DNA of 59,205 nt from an uncultured Dehalococcoidia bacterium (GCA_950072105.1 CATMOE010000015.1:1-59205), one strand, 5' to 3'; counted from the first letter of the stretch, positions 28,674 to 39,179 are shown. The notes: generated by a model not told the origin, from the letters alone. Program-made: numbers and translations.

Positions 28674-29032
28674 GGCAGAAAGATGGTTCCGGGAGCAAGC
28701 GCGCTGGTTCCCGGAACCACTCTCAATCCGAATGCCTGCAAGGTGTGGGAGCCCAGAACCGGTTGGCTATCGGGCAGACCAAAGGCGCAGACGACAGTGC
28801 GTTCCGCATCTCCGATCTTGAGGCGAATCTCCGCCAGGGACCGCTCCTCGCTTCGTCCGTCCGATCCTTCCAAGACGCCGGTCCAATACGGATCGATGCC
28901 CAGCATGGACAGCATGGGCGAGGGCATCATGGCGTAGGTGGAAGCGGTGTCCACCAGGGCGATGACCGGCTGGTACCGGGAACCGTCTCTGGGACCGACC
29001 TCGACCTGCTGACGGAAAGTTGTCATAGACAC
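28670..29032 (-). CDS. Clan AA (retropepsin-like) aspartyl protease homolog
   Basis: ALVDTASTY and PVLGSHTLQAFGL motifs. Confidence 0.75.
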   Translation of the reverse strand: MSMTTFRQQVEVGPRDGSRYQPVIALVDTASTYAMMPSPMLSMLGIDPYWTGVLEGSDGRSEERSLAEIRLKIGDAERTVVCAFGLPDSQPVLGSHTLQAFGLRVVPGTSALAPGTIFLP

Positions 29033-29033
29033 C

Positions 29034-29834
29034 TCACTCCCACAGCTTGTAGAAGTGGTTCAGAGGTCCGTGTCCTTGGCCAATGGGGAAGGAGGTGCGG
29101 ATGGCTTCGGTCACGTAATCCTTGGCCAGGGCGACCGCTTCGATTACCGGCATCCCTCTGGCCAATCCGGCCGCAACCGCTGAGGCAAATGTACAGCCGG
29201 TGCCGTGGGTGTTGACGGTGTCGAAGCGGGGGGCCGTGAACTCTCGAAAATCCGAGCCGTCGTAAAACAGGTCGGTGGCGGGGCCTTCTCGATGGCCCCC
29301 TTTCACCACCACTGACCGGGCGCCCATGGCGACGATCGCTTCGGCGGCCCGGCGCACGTCGGCGTCGGAAACTATTTTCGTCTCGGTCAACGCCTCGGCT
29401 TCGGGGATGTTGGGAGTGACAACCGCGGCCAGGGGCAGCAGCCGGGTGCGGAGAGAGTCGACAGCGTCTTCCCGCAGCAGAGAATCGCCGCTCTTGGCCA
29501 CCATGACCGGGTCCACCACCAGTTGTTGTACGCCGTGTTTTTTCAACGCCTCAACGACACATTCGATGATCGCGCTGCTGGACAGCATGCCCGTCTTCAC
29601 GGCATCGGCGCCGATGTCGGACAGCACGGCGTCGATCTGGGCGCGGATAACATCGGTGGGTATTTCGTGAACCGCGGTAACTCCGACCGTGTTCTGGGCG
29701 GTAATGGCGGTCAGCGTAGAGGCGCCATAGACGCCCAGGGCGGCGAAGGTTTTGAGATCGGCTTGGATGCCGGCCCCACCGCCCGAGTCCGACCCTGCGA
29801 TGGTCATGACTTTAGGGATGTTCACTGAGGGCAC
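29034..29834 (-). CDS. thiD: Hydroxymethylpyrimidine/phosphomethylpyrimidine kinase
   Basis: [36 protein letters not shown]. Confidence 0.97.
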   Translation of the reverse strand: MPSVNIPKVMTIAGSDSGGGAGIQADLKTFAALGVYGASTLTAITAQNTVGVTAVHEIPTDVIRAQIDAVLSDIGADAVKTGMLSSSAIIECVVEALKKHGVQQLVVDPVMVAKSGDSLLREDAVDSLRTRLLPLAAVVTPNIPEAEALTETKIVSDADVRRAAEAIVAMGARSVVVKGGHREGPATDLFYDGSDFREFTAPRFDTVNTHGTGCTFASAVAAGLARGMPVIEAVALAKDYVTEAIRTSFPIGQGHGPLNHFYKLWE

Positions 29835-30484
29835 TCCTCGTTGTTGTAGGCCATTTCCCAGAACTCCAGCTCGTATCGCAGCACGTCACGGAATATCGCC
29901 TGCAGCCGGGGCCGGTCAACCGGACTGAGGGGGGCTTCGTCCACCGTTTGGCGCAACCACGACACGAAGCCGGTCATCCCGTCGCTGGTGTGCAGGTCGA
30001 TCCATGTCTGGTAATAACGGTCGGCGGGGCGTTTTCCGCCAGATGCCAACCGCTGGGCCCAGTCCATGTAGGGCCACTCCACCGCCAGCAGGGTGGCGAT
30101 AACGTCGGTGTATGTGCCGGTATAGGCTACGTTGCGCAAGTAGCCGCTGTAGTGGAAGGTGGTCGGCCGGTATTCCATGTCGGCCACGTTTTGACGGGAC
30201 AGGCCCCGTTCCCGGAACGCCTGTTGAAATAACCCTTCCTCGCCGCCCAATCCCAGATGTAGGAATCCCACCAATTGGCGGGCGGCGTCGAAGTCGGGCG
30301 CTTTGGCGGTGGCCAGGCTGAGGAGGATGGCCCAGTCCTTGAGGAAGAGATAGTCCTGATCAAAGTAGACGCGAAACCGGTCCTGGGACAGGGTGTTGTC
30401 TCCCAACTCAATCACGAAGGGATGGGTAACCACCTGCTCCCAGATCGGGCCGACGCCCTCCCTAAGTTCGTCGCTCAGTCCCAT
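29822..30484 (-). CDS. tenA: TenA/THI-4 family thiamine-salvage protein
   Basis: [29 protein letters not shown]; context next to thiD. Confidence 0.88.
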   Translation of the reverse strand: MGLSDELREGVGPIWEQVVTHPFVIELGDNTLSQDRFRVYFDQDYLFLKDWAILLSLATAKAPDFDAARQLVGFLHLGLGGEEGLFQQAFRERGLSRQNVADMEYRPTTFHYSGYLRNVAYTGTYTDVIATLLAVEWPYMDWAQRLASGGKRPADRYYQTWIDLHTSDGMTGFVSWLRQTVDEAPLSPVDRPRLQAIFRDVLRYELEFWEMAYNNEECPQ

Positions 30485-30525
30485 TTACGCGTGGGCCTCC
30501 GTTGGAATTAGACGCGGGCGTGATC

Positions 30526-30870
30526 TTAGGTCAGGCCGCTACGGTCCGGCGTTTCCTGGATGTAGGCGGGCCGGTCCAGCGGGTCTCCCGGCGAAGTATC
30601 CGCCAGGAAACCGATGGCGATGGCAGGAAGAGTTTCGATGTGGAGCCCCGTTCCCACGCCTATTTCCAAGGAAATCTTGGCCACTGCTTCGTTGTCGTCC
30701 GCGTCAACCATTAATACGTAGTCGTAACGTCCCAAGACGGCGTAGGTGCCCAAGATCTCAGCGCCCGGAATGTCAACGTTTCTGGTGCAGTTGACTAGCA
30801 AGTTAGGCTCATTGTGGAGCTTGGTGCGACCGCCGGAAGATAAGGTCCCCAGCAGGAAATACAGTGACAT
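30526..30870 (-). CDS. GYD-domain protein
   Basis: YAVLGRYDYVLMVDA...ETLPAI. Confidence 0.85.
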   Translation of the reverse strand: MSLYFLLGTLSSGGRTKLHNEPNLLVNCTRNVDIPGAEILGTYAVLGRYDYVLMVDADDNEAVAKISLEIGVGTGLHIETLPAIAIGFLADTSPGDPLDRPAYIQETPDRSGLT

Positions 30871-30926
30871 TCCAGGCTCCTTAGTTAATCAAGTAAGGAT
30901 AAAGTCGCAGATCGAGCGACGGGAGA

Positions 30927-30935
30927 AGTATATCA
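30927..30935 (-). promoter_or_regulatory. Possible internal extended -10 promoter for GYD-tenA-thiD
   Basis: TGATATACT on the minus strand in the 100-bp gap after thiY. Confidence 0.4.
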
Positions 30936-30970
30936 TTCCCGCCGGACGACTCCGGAAATCGTCGTGCGGT

Positions 30971-31987
30971 TTATTGCCCGGCGGCTACGAAGCTGTTGTC
31001 GAATGCGGCACTGACGTCGCTGCCTGGTTTAAGAAGACCGGTCTCTTCCATCCAGGCGGCAAACTCCACCCAACGAGCCTCGTCCTGCCAGCCGAAAACT
31101 CCTTGATCGGAATTCCACAAAGGAGCCAGCATGTCCACGCCGGGACTCTCGATGGCCAGATCAACTTCGGGCCGAACCCGCTTGAGCAGTTCAACCGCGC
31201 CTTGCGGGTCGGCGATAGCGTCTTGATAGCCTCTTGTCACCGCCCGGACGAAACGGCGGACCAACTCCGGGTTTTCCTTAATATTCTCCTCGTTGGTAAC
31301 CAGAACCAGTTCGTAAAAGTCGGGGACGCCATGCTGCTCCATGCGCATGATGTTGACTGGGAAGCCCTGGTTGATGGCGGAAATGGACTCATGGACCCAA
31401 TAAGCCCCTACTATGGCGTCCACTTTCTTGCCGATCAAAGCGGGGACGAGATCGAACCCCACGTTGACCAATTCCACGTCTTCCAGCGACTTGCCCTGGC
31501 TCTTTAGCATGGTGTCCAGCAGGGGTTCGTTGTCGGGAATGCCCGGCCACCCCACCGTCTTTCCGGCCAGGTCCTTGGGTTCAGTGATGCCCGATCCCTT
31601 GAGCGTCATGACCGAGTTGAGGGGGTGCTGCACTATGGCCGCGATGGATACCACCGGCACGCCTTCCTGACGGGCGATCAACACGCCCGTCTGGTAGTTG
31701 ATTCCGAAATCGTCGCGTCCGGTAGCCACGGTTTGCAGTATGGTGGCCGGGTCGGCGGGAGGATGGATGTCCACGTCCAATCCCTCGGCGGCGAAGTAGC
31801 CCCGGTCCTTGGCGATGAACAGGCCGGCGTGGTTGGACCATGGGAACCAGTCCAAGACCACCGAAACCGGCGGGAAGGATGTTACCTGCGTTTCGATTTG
31901 GGGCGCCGGGGCGGTGCTCCCGCCGCAGGCTGCCAAAACCGGCAGCAGAGCTAATGCCAACAATAACGTCGCGAAGAATTTATTCAT
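30971..31987 (-). CDS. thiY: ABC substrate-binding lipoprotein, NMT1/THI5 (ThiY-like)
   Basis: Lipobox LAAC, LDWFPWSNHAGLFIA, GVPDFYELV; TPP-riboswitch context. Confidence 0.88.
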   Translation of the reverse strand: MNKFFATLLLALALLPVLAACGGSTAPAPQIETQVTSFPPVSVVLDWFPWSNHAGLFIAKDRGYFAAEGLDVDIHPPADPATILQTVATGRDDFGINYQTGVLIARQEGVPVVSIAAIVQHPLNSVMTLKGSGITEPKDLAGKTVGWPGIPDNEPLLDTMLKSQGKSLEDVELVNVGFDLVPALIGKKVDAIVGAYWVHESISAINQGFPVNIMRMEQHGVPDFYELVLVTNEENIKENPELVRRFVRAVTRGYQDAIADPQGAVELLKRVRPEVDLAIESPGVDMLAPLWNSDQGVFGWQDEARWVEFAAWMEETGLLKPGSDVSAAFDNSFVAAGQ

Positions 31988-32077
31988 ACAACCTACACTC
32001 CTTAGCTGAGATGTTAGAATTCCCTTTTCCGAGTAGTCTCCAACATTCTTGAAACGATTTCATAATCGGACTGCAAG

Positions 32078-32144
32078 GTCCTTCGACAGGCTCAGGACGA
32101 ACGGTGGGGGTCTCCATCTCCGTTCATGGTGAGCTTTCGAACCA
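32078..32144. repeat. REP-like inverted pair
   Basis: gtccttcgacaggctcaggacgaacgg ... ccgttcatggtgagctttcgaacca. Confidence 0.75.
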
Positions 32145-32161
32145 CCACCTTTGACTGATTT

Positions 32162-33004
32162 CTACATTCGTTCTATCGAGTTCGCCCGCTTCTCTGTGTA
32201 GTACCAGGGCAGCATCAGCCGTTCCACCACGCTGGCCAAAACGAAGAGCGATATGCCCATTGCCGAAAGAACGACGATTGCCGCGAACACCCTATCCGTG
32301 AGAAAGAGCGGTTGGGAATAGGTTATTAGGTATCCCAATCCGGCGCTGGCGCCCACCCATTCGCCGATCACCGCCGCGATGACGCTGACCGATATGCCCA
32401 CTTTGATCCCGGAAAACATGTAGGGCATGGCCGTGGGCATCTGCAGTTTGGTGAAAACCTGCCATCGGGACGCGCCCAGGGTCTTCATCATGTTGACCAT
32501 GTCGGGATCAACCGCTTTCAGACCGTCCACCGTATTGACGGCGATGGGATAGAAACAGATCAGGGCCACCACAATGACCTTGGGGGCGATACCGTAGCCC
32601 ACCCATATCAGCAACAACGGGGCGATGGCGATGATGGGTACAGTTTGGGACGCGATGACGATGGGATAGACTGACCTCTCCAGGATCCGGGAGTAGGCGA
32701 TGGCTGTCGCCAGCACCAGACCGGACGCCAGCGCGGCGATAAAGCCCAGGACGATCTCCTCCAGAGTGACGAGCGTATGTTCCAGAAGCAGACTTCGGCT
32801 GGCGGCCAATTCCTGTCCTATCGCCGACGGCGAAGGTAGCTGCCACTTGGGAATGTCCCATACCTGGACCCCAAGCTCCCAAATGACTAGGATGCCTAGC
32901 AGGATCGTGACCGGCGCAGCCCAAGGCCGGAGCTTTGACAAGGCCGAACCGATCTTGCCCTGCCCCCGGTGTCCGGAAGTGTATTCGCCGGTGGGATCCT
33001 TCAC
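32162..33004 (-). CDS. thiX: ABC permease, NitT/TauT family (ThiX-like)
   Basis: LPSPSAI, SQTVPIIAIAPLL, AVIGEWVGASAGLG; GTG start overlaps the ATPase stop. Confidence 0.88.
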   Translation of the reverse strand: MKDPTGEYTSGHRGQGKIGSALSKLRPWAAPVTILLGILVIWELGVQVWDIPKWQLPSPSAIGQELAASRSLLLEHTLVTLEEIVLGFIAALASGLVLATAIAYSRILERSVYPIVIASQTVPIIAIAPLLLIWVGYGIAPKVIVVALICFYPIAVNTVDGLKAVDPDMVNMMKTLGASRWQVFTKLQMPTAMPYMFSGIKVGISVSVIAAVIGEWVGASAGLGYLITYSQPLFLTDRVFAAIVVLSAMGISLFVLASVVERLMLPWYYTEKRANSIERM

Positions 33005-33819
33005 AGGCCCTCCTTTCCGGCGAGACTTTGAGCTACCTCGCGCTTCTTCTCCCGCAAGGGCTCTAGCAACCGCGATTTCAATCGGGCAAATTGGGGCTCG
33101 GTAACCTGTTCGTAACTCCTGGGCCGTGGCAGGTCTACGTCCAGGACCATGGTGACGCGGCCGGGCCGGTGAGTGAGCACGTAGACACGGTCGGAAAGTA
33201 GTATCGCTTCGTCCATATCGTGGGTGATGAGAACGATGGTCTTTCGCAGAGATTCCCACAGTTGCAGTAGCCATTCTTGCATCTGGACTCTGGTCAGGGC
33301 ATCCAGCGCTCCGAAAGGCTCGTCTAAGAGGACGATCTCCTGGTCCATCAACATGGTGCGAAGAAACGCGGCTCTTTGCTTCATACCGCCGGACAGGGCA
33401 TAGGGATACTGACTTTCGTAGCCCTTCAACCCGAAAAATTCGGTGAGTTCCAAAGCCCGGGTCCGGGCTTGGCGGCGGGGCATTCCGTGCAACTCCAGAC
33501 CCAGGATGGCGTTGTCCAGAACGGTGCGCCAGGGCAGGAGGAGGTCTTTCTGCTGCATGTAACCGACGCGTCCCAGAGCGGAAACGCCTTGGTTGCCTTC
33601 GAACGTTACCGTACCTGAATCGGGGGAATCTAGGCCGGCGACGATGTTGAGCAAAGTGCTCTTGCCGCAGCCGCTGGGGCCGATGATGCTGACGAACTCG
33701 CCTTCGCCGACGGTTAGTTGGATGTCGTCCAACACCAGTTCCCGGTGTCCGTCCACATTGAAGGACTTGTTAAGGGATTCCACCCGGATCTTGGAAGTGA
33801 TGCCAGCGTCACTCGCCAT
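33001..33819 (-). CDS. thiZ: ABC ATP-binding protein (ThiZ-like)
   Basis: GPSGCGKST, LSGGMKQR, LLDEPFGALD. Confidence 0.9.
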   Translation of the reverse strand: MASDAGITSKIRVESLNKSFNVDGHRELVLDDIQLTVGEGEFVSIIGPSGCGKSTLLNIVAGLDSPDSGTVTFEGNQGVSALGRVGYMQQKDLLLPWRTVLDNAILGLELHGMPRRQARTRALELTEFFGLKGYESQYPYALSGGMKQRAAFLRTMLMDQEIVLLDEPFGALDALTRVQMQEWLLQLWESLRKTIVLITHDMDEAILLSDRVYVLTHRPGRVTMVLDVDLPRPRSYEQVTEPQFARLKSRLLEPLREKKREVAQSLAGKEGL

Positions 33820-33844
33820 ATCAAACCTTGTCTGACAGGGAGAA

Positions 33845-33892
33845 GCCCAATCCCCCTCTGTCCCCCATTAATAAAAGGGGATTAAGCGGGAT
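33845..33892. repeat. Degenerate G/C-run palindromic element, same style as the ileS insert
   Basis: aatccccctctgtcccccattaataaaaggggattaagcgggatt. Confidence 0.5.
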
Positions 33893-34011
33893 TCTCCTCG
33901 AACGTGGTATTTCTGTCTTTCTCCGGATCAGGAACTCATCAGGTCAAGATTTTTGGTATTTCTTGGACGCCGCAGTAGATCCTCAGAGACCCGTGCGAAT
34001 ATGCACTTCCC

Positions 34012-34050
34012 AAAAAATAAAGGCCGCCAACGTAAGTTAAATGGCGGCCC
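34012..34050 (-). terminator. Intrinsic terminator in the TPP riboswitch expression platform
   Basis: GGCCGCCA-loop-TGGCGGCC followed by TTTATTTTTT on the minus strand. Confidence 0.8.
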
Positions 34051-34077
34051 GGCCCAAATGACCAAGTCTAATGAGTG

Positions 34078-34175
34078 CCTGTTCCCTACGCTGGCATTAC
34101 CCAGATCAGGTTCGAAAGGGTAGGTGACATATGCGGTCTCCCTCTCAGCCCGGCTAAACCGAGCTCCCCTACGTG
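34078..34175 (-). ncRNA. TPP riboswitch
   Basis: Minus strand AGGGGAGC...GCTGAGAG...ACCCTTTCGAACCTGATCTGGGTAATGCCAGCGTAGGGAA, upstream of thiamine-salvage genes. Confidence 0.96.
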
Positions 34176-34206
34176 CCTCGACCTATTCTGTTGTTAAGAC
34201 GCCGCC

Positions 34207-34236
34207 ATTATAGGAGACGCTGAATACGAGTGTCAA
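34207..34236 (-). promoter_or_regulatory. Consensus sigma70 promoter for the thi leader
   Basis: TTGACA-18 nt-TATAAT. Confidence 0.8.
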
Positions 34237-34358
34237 CAGAACCGGAGATCGGCAAGACGAGAGGGTGGTAAGATTGTGGTATCCCAGGTTGTCGCGTCTT
34301 TTTCGTCTCTTGACAGCGATATGCCCCATCTGGGAAATATCGGCTTAGGCGGGCCATT

Positions 34359-35642
34359 ATGGAACAATTGATCTTGAAACCGGTGCGCCACGTGGAAGGC
34401 GAGATTAAGCTACCCGGTTCGAAAAGCTTGTCCAACCGCCTTTTGCTGATATCGGCCTTGGCCCACGGGACCACTGAAGTGCACAACCTGCTGGACAGTG
34501 ACGATACTCGGCATATGGTGGCGGCGCTGCGCACCTTGGGAGTTTCCCTAGACCTCTCGCCAGACCGGACCTCATGTCTGATCGAAGGCCTGGACGGTCC
34601 CTTCGCGCCGCAAGAAACCAGTCTATTTCTGGGCAACGCGGGCACGGCGATACGGCCTCTTTTTGCCGCATTGTGCCTGGGCAGAGGGGTCTACACGTTG
34701 ACCGGAGAACCCCGAATGTTGGAGCGCCCCATCGCCGATCTGGCCGACTCCTTGCGGCAGATGGGAGCAGACATAGAATTCCTGGGCGAAGAAGGGTATC
34801 CACCATTGCGTATCCGCGCCGAGGGACTCACCGGCGGCAGTGTTTCCGTTCGGGGCGACGTGTCCAGCCAATACCTGACGGCCTTGCTTCTGGCTTCTCC
34901 GTTGACCCAGCGGGAGATGGTGATCGAAGTAGAAGGCGAACTGGTCTCTAAACCCTACATCGACATGACGATGGACGTGATGGCGCGGTTCGGAGTCCAG
35001 GTGGAGAACCAAGACCACCGCGTATTCCGTGTCCCGGCGGGAGAGGGATATCAGTCACCGGGAAGGGCGCTGGTAGAAGGCGACGCTTCTTCCGCCACCT
35101 ACTTCCTGTCCGCCGCGGCGATCCGGGGAGGCACGGTCCGCGTCAACGGCGTAGGAGCCGACAGCGTGCAGGGCGACGTTGAACATTCCGGTATCCTGGA
35201 AGAGATGGGCGCTACGGTAAGGCGAGGACCGGATTGGATCGAAGTTACCGGTGGAGAACTTCATGGGGTGGATGTGGACTTGAACCACATGCCCGACGCG
35301 GCAATGACCATCGCGACGACCGCGCTATTTGCTCAGGGCACGACGGTGATCCGCAACATATACAACTGGCGGGTGAAGGAAACCGACCGCTTGGTTGCGA
35401 TGGCCACGGAGCTAAGGAAGGTGGGGGCGGAAGTGTTCGAAGGGCGGGATTACCTGGAGATCACGCCTCCAACGGAGATCGTCTCCGCCAGTATCGACAC
35501 GTATGACGACCACCGGATGGCGATGTCCTTTTCCCTGGCGGCCTTGGGAACATCGGAAATCACCATCAACGACCCCGATTGCGTTTCCAAGACCTTCCCC
35601 GACTATTTCGAGCAGTTCGGCAGTATCACTGATACCGGCTAA
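34359..35642 (+). CDS. aroA: EPSP synthase (class I-like)
   Basis: [52 protein letters not shown]. Confidence 0.98.
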   Translation: MEQLILKPVRHVEGEIKLPGSKSLSNRLLLISALAHGTTEVHNLLDSDDTRHMVAALRTLGVSLDLSPDRTSCLIEGLDGPFAPQETSLFLGNAGTAIRPLFAALCLGRGVYTLTGEPRMLERPIADLADSLRQMGADIEFLGEEGYPPLRIRAEGLTGGSVSVRGDVSSQYLTALLLASPLTQREMVIEVEGELVSKPYIDMTMDVMARFGVQVENQDHRVFRVPAGEGYQSPGRALVEGDASSATYFLSAAAIRGGTVRVNGVGADSVQGDVEHSGILEEMGATVRRGPDWIEVTGGELHGVDVDLNHMPDAAMTIATTALFAQGTTVIRNIYNWRVKETDRLVAMATELRKVGAEVFEGRDYLEITPPTEIVSASIDTYDDHRMAMSFSLAALGTSEITINDPDCVSKTFPDYFEQFGSITDTG

Positions 35643-35750
35643 TCTCCAAACCGGAATATGGATATGTCCTCCAAGGCTGAAGCGTAAGTTTCTGAGGAAA
35701 TCAGCTCGCAAAGAAACGGCTGATTCCATCTCCGGCAGACCAAGTTTTTC

Positions 35751-35780
35751 TTGACAATTAGTCTCGTAGAGCAATACAAT
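35751..35780 (+). promoter_or_regulatory. Sigma70-like promoter
   Basis: TTGACA-18 nt-TACAAT upstream of the HMGL-like gene. Confidence 0.7.
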
Positions 35781-35842
35781 CTTGCCACACAAGACACGTG
35801 GGCGCTGGCAGGCGCCCTGTCATTATCGGGAGAGGAGGAGCT

Positions 35843-37027
35843 ATGCCTGATTACCCGAAGGTTAACTACAAAGAAGAAGGCATGCGCGAGGGCATGCAGA
35901 TCGAAGATTCCCAGATTTCGGTGGAAAACAAGATCATGCTCCTAGACGCCTTGTCGGAGACCGGATTGAAGCAGATCGTTGTCGGTTCATTCGTGAGTCC
36001 CAAGTGGACCCCGCAGATGGAGCGCATCGACGAGATCGTCACCAAGTTCAACCCCAAACCGGGCGTCAACTATACCGCCCTGGCATTGAACTCCAGGGGC
36101 GTTGAAAGGGCCCGTGCCTATTCGCCTCCGTTGACCATTGAGCGGGACCAGTATCCTCGCTTGGGTGTTCACATGTGCGACGTTTTTGTCCGCCGGAACA
36201 CCAACCGCACCCAGATGCAGGAGATGGAACGCTGGCCCCAGGTCATCGCCCAGGCCCAAGAGTTGAACATCAAAGAGGCCGGTATCGGCACCAACGCCAG
36301 CTGGGGATCCAACTTCCTGGGAGAATTCCCGGTTGATAACCTGATGACCATGCTGGAGAGACAGCACAGCATGTGGGACGAGGTCGGCATCGAAGTGCGC
36401 AGTTGCGCCATGGGCGATCCCATGAGCCACTGCACCCCGGCCAAGGTCGAAGAAAGCGTCTACCGGGTGAAGGAACGCTGGCCGGAGATCAATCATATCC
36501 GTCTGCACCTCCACAACGGCCGGAACATGGCCATCGCTTCGGCGTATGCGGCCATGCGAGTTCTAGGACCGGACGACACCCTTGACTTGGACGGGACCAT
36601 CGGCGGCTTGGGCGGTTGCCCATACTGCGGCAACGGCCGCGCCACCGGCATGGCCCCCACCGAGGACTTGCTCCACATGATGGAGGACATGGGCGTCGAC
36701 ACCGGGGTGGACATGGATAAGCTCATCGACTGCGTTTGGATGCTCGAAGGCGTAGTGGGCCGGGAGTTGTACGGCCACGTATCCAAGGCTGGCCCGAGGC
36801 CCAAGAAGTTGGAGGAGCTTTACGACATCGACATGCCCTTCGTGGAAACTCTGGAGTCGGCCAAGCACTTCAAGAAAGGCCCTGAGGCTTACGAAGGCGG
36901 AATCTACCCCTATCAGCAGCCCATCACCAGCCCTTACCGCGATCGGGTGAACGCTGGGCAACCGGCCTACGATAGCTCCAGCGGAGACTGGCCCTGGAAA
37001 CAGGACTGGTTCCCGGCTAAAGACTAA
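35843..37027 (+). CDS. HMG-CoA lyase-like DRE-TIM metallolyase
   Basis: REGMQ, GSFVSPKWTPQM, HLHN, GGLGGCPY, PTEDL; GAGGAGG RBS. Confidence 0.85.
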   Translation: MPDYPKVNYKEEGMREGMQIEDSQISVENKIMLLDALSETGLKQIVVGSFVSPKWTPQMERIDEIVTKFNPKPGVNYTALALNSRGVERARAYSPPLTIERDQYPRLGVHMCDVFVRRNTNRTQMQEMERWPQVIAQAQELNIKEAGIGTNASWGSNFLGEFPVDNLMTMLERQHSMWDEVGIEVRSCAMGDPMSHCTPAKVEESVYRVKERWPEINHIRLHLHNGRNMAIASAYAAMRVLGPDDTLDLDGTIGGLGGCPYCGNGRATGMAPTEDLLHMMEDMGVDTGVDMDKLIDCVWMLEGVVGRELYGHVSKAGPRPKKLEELYDIDMPFVETLESAKHFKKGPEAYEGGIYPYQQPITSPYRDRVNAGQPAYDSSSGDWPWKQDWFPAKD

Positions 37028-37069
37028 CCGGATTCGGGGAAACGGGATTAAGGTACATCGAATTCGTAA

Positions 37070-37102
37070 AGAGGCCGCTCCGCTAAATAGGGGGCGGCCT
37101 CT
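37070..37102. terminator. Hairpin terminator candidate
   Basis: agaggccgctcc...ggggcggcctct. Confidence 0.6.
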
Positions 37103-37153
37103 AAATATTCTATACAGATAGTATGCGAGAAAGGAGCGTATACGAGCGTGGCG

Positions 37154-37423
37154 ATGATTAAACCAATACCAAACTTCGCGTCAGAAGACGAAGAGCGAGA
37201 TTTCTGGGCCAACCACGACTCCACCGAGTTCGTTGACTGGACCAGTGCTAGACGGTTGACGTTGAGTAACCTGAAGCCTTCGACAAAAACGATTTCGATC
37301 CGGCTACCGGAATCTCTATTGGACGAACTCAAGCTCTTGGCTAACAGGCGGGACGTGCCCTACCAATCTCTGCTCAAGGTGTTCCTGGCAGAGCGGGTGG
37401 ACAAGGAGTTACATTCCCGGTAG
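37154..37423 (+). CDS. CopG/BrnA-type antitoxin, orphan
   Basis: IPNFASEDEERDFWANHDSTEF...LKPSTKTISIRLPESLL...DVPYQSLLK. Confidence 0.9.
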   Translation: MIKPIPNFASEDEERDFWANHDSTEFVDWTSARRLTLSNLKPSTKTISIRLPESLLDELKLLANRRDVPYQSLLKVFLAERVDKELHSR

Positions 37424-37480
37424 CTTGAATGTGTAGGCTACGACATTGCAACTTAGAATCTGCTAAAAAGAGGTCCATTC

Positions 37481-38062
37481 ATGACCACCAATCCTACCGA
37501 TCCTAACCGCGTGCTCCTAACGGGGGAAAACTCTTTTATCCGTCTAGTCCAAGAAGAGGGCGGAGCCCAGACAACTCGCATAAGCCACTGGCGAATTTTG
37601 TATTCTCCGGCGGGCGCGGGGCACGTTTTGTTTTTCAAGACCGACCTTGTCGATGATGAGGTCCGAATATACTCCGATAACATCGCCATGACCCGCTGGC
37701 TTCAAGCCACCATCGAAACCCACCTCTTTCCAGAGTTCGCCGACCAGAATATGCCGGTCATGCAGGCAGAATTCGACAACTTTGGGGACACCAACTCTTT
37801 CTGGACCGAAACTATCGAGAGCGACGAAGACATGATTGCCCTCACCTGGTACGACTTCGCCGAGCCCTTCATGCTGGTGGCGCCGGTCGGGACCACTCCG
37901 GGGCGGGACATCGGGGTGTACAGTTGCTTCGTTCCGGCCAGAAGGGCGCAGATCACCTTTAACGGTGAGACCGCCCAAGGCAATGTGACTCCAGAAACTC
38001 GGGGCGACAAAGAGAGCAGCACGGCCTGTTTGGCTTGGTCTGAGACCTGGGTAGGGGCTTAA
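37481..38062 (+). CDS. Hypothetical protein (beta-rich)
   Basis: 193-aa ORF with GAGGT RBS and host-like codon usage. Confidence 0.8.
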   Translation: MTTNPTDPNRVLLTGENSFIRLVQEEGGAQTTRISHWRILYSPAGAGHVLFFKTDLVDDEVRIYSDNIAMTRWLQATIETHLFPEFADQNMPVMQAEFDNFGDTNSFWTETIESDEDMIALTWYDFAEPFMLVAPVGTTPGRDIGVYSCFVPARRAQITFNGETAQGNVTPETRGDKESSTACLAWSETWVGA

Positions 38063-38144
38063 CGGAGCCTGGATGGGAAGATGACCCCAGCCTCCCCTCT
38101 TTCGTTGCTCCGAAAATAGAATCGCCAACCTTCGGTCGCACACC

Positions 38145-38375
38145 GTCATTCCGACACCAGCCCTTCCGCTGAAGGGCGGCGAGGAATCTCCGGTGACCGC
38201 CACAACCAGGCATGAGACTCCGATCCTTCCGCCGAAAGATCGGAGTGACACGGATCGCCCATTTTCGTGGGCTGTGGTAATGGCGCCAACCAGCATGAAT
38301 GATTTTGAGGAGCATAGCGACGAAAGAATCTAGTTCCATTCCGAGTAGAGATTCTTCGCTGCGCTCAGAATGACA
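38145..38375. repeat. Cluster of REP-like inverted-repeat elements
   Basis: GTCATTCCGA...GCGAGGAATCTC / GAGACT...GAGTGACA pair plus a degenerate pair ending AGATTCTTCGCTGCGCTCAGAATGACA. Confidence 0.7.
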
Positions 38376-38486
38376 AGAGTGGGTAAAGGATTCCTCTCTC
38401 GATCAAATCGGAAGAAGAATGACAATCGTCTCCGTCCTGGGATATTCCTGGCCACTCAAGGCAAGTAGACTTGGAGAATAACAACC

Positions 38487-39149
38487 ATGACAACTAATCC
38501 GGCCCCGGACGACGCTCTGGCCACGTCCCTGTTCCCCCAATTTGAAAACCAGATCTACCAGTGGGTTTCCGCCGAGGTCCAAGGTCTTACCGACGCTCAA
38601 CTGGACTTCGAGTCGGACCAGTGGGAGTGGAGCAAGTGGAGCATCCGCCGCAACCTGAGCCACATGGCGTCGGGCGATCTGCGGTGGCTCTGGAACCGGT
38701 GGGGTAAGATTCTGTTCCCCCAAGGCTCGCCCAAGGGAGAGGAGTATGACCGGCTGTTGGACTCCCCATTTGACCGGCGCCTGGACGAGAACCTGTACTG
38801 GGAACCGGCAGCTATTTTGGAGAAGTTGGTTCTGGGGCTGGAACTCTGCTGGTCGATACTGTCCTCGGAGACGGTTGGATCGTTGAGAAGTAAAGAACTG
38901 GAGTCGCCCGCCACCGGCTCGTTCACCCAATATCCCCAGCTATTCCCCGGAGGCGTCCGCCCGGTTCCCGGCGACCCATCAAAGGTTTACATAACCTTGG
39001 AAACCACCTTTCTACACCGCTATTACGAGTTCACCACCCACCTCTTCAACGTGCAGCGGCTAAAGCGGGCCCAGGGTTTGTCCGGGGCTGTGGAGATTCC
39101 TCAGGATGGATATTGGGTTTTGCCGGAATGGGATTGCAGCGAAGCTTAG
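38487..39149 (+). CDS. DinB-superfamily protein
   Basis: GLTDAQLD...WSIRRNLSHMA...HLFNVQRLK. Confidence 0.75.
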   Translation: MTTNPAPDDALATSLFPQFENQIYQWVSAEVQGLTDAQLDFESDQWEWSKWSIRRNLSHMASGDLRWLWNRWGKILFPQGSPKGEEYDRLLDSPFDRRLDENLYWEPAAILEKLVLGLELCWSILSSETVGSLRSKELESPATGSFTQYPQLFPGGVRPVPGDPSKVYITLETTFLHRYYEFTTHLFNVQRLKRAQGLSGAVEIPQDGYWVLPEWDCSEA

Positions 39150-39179
39150 CCCCCGCCCATTCGTTCGCTACGAGCTGAA

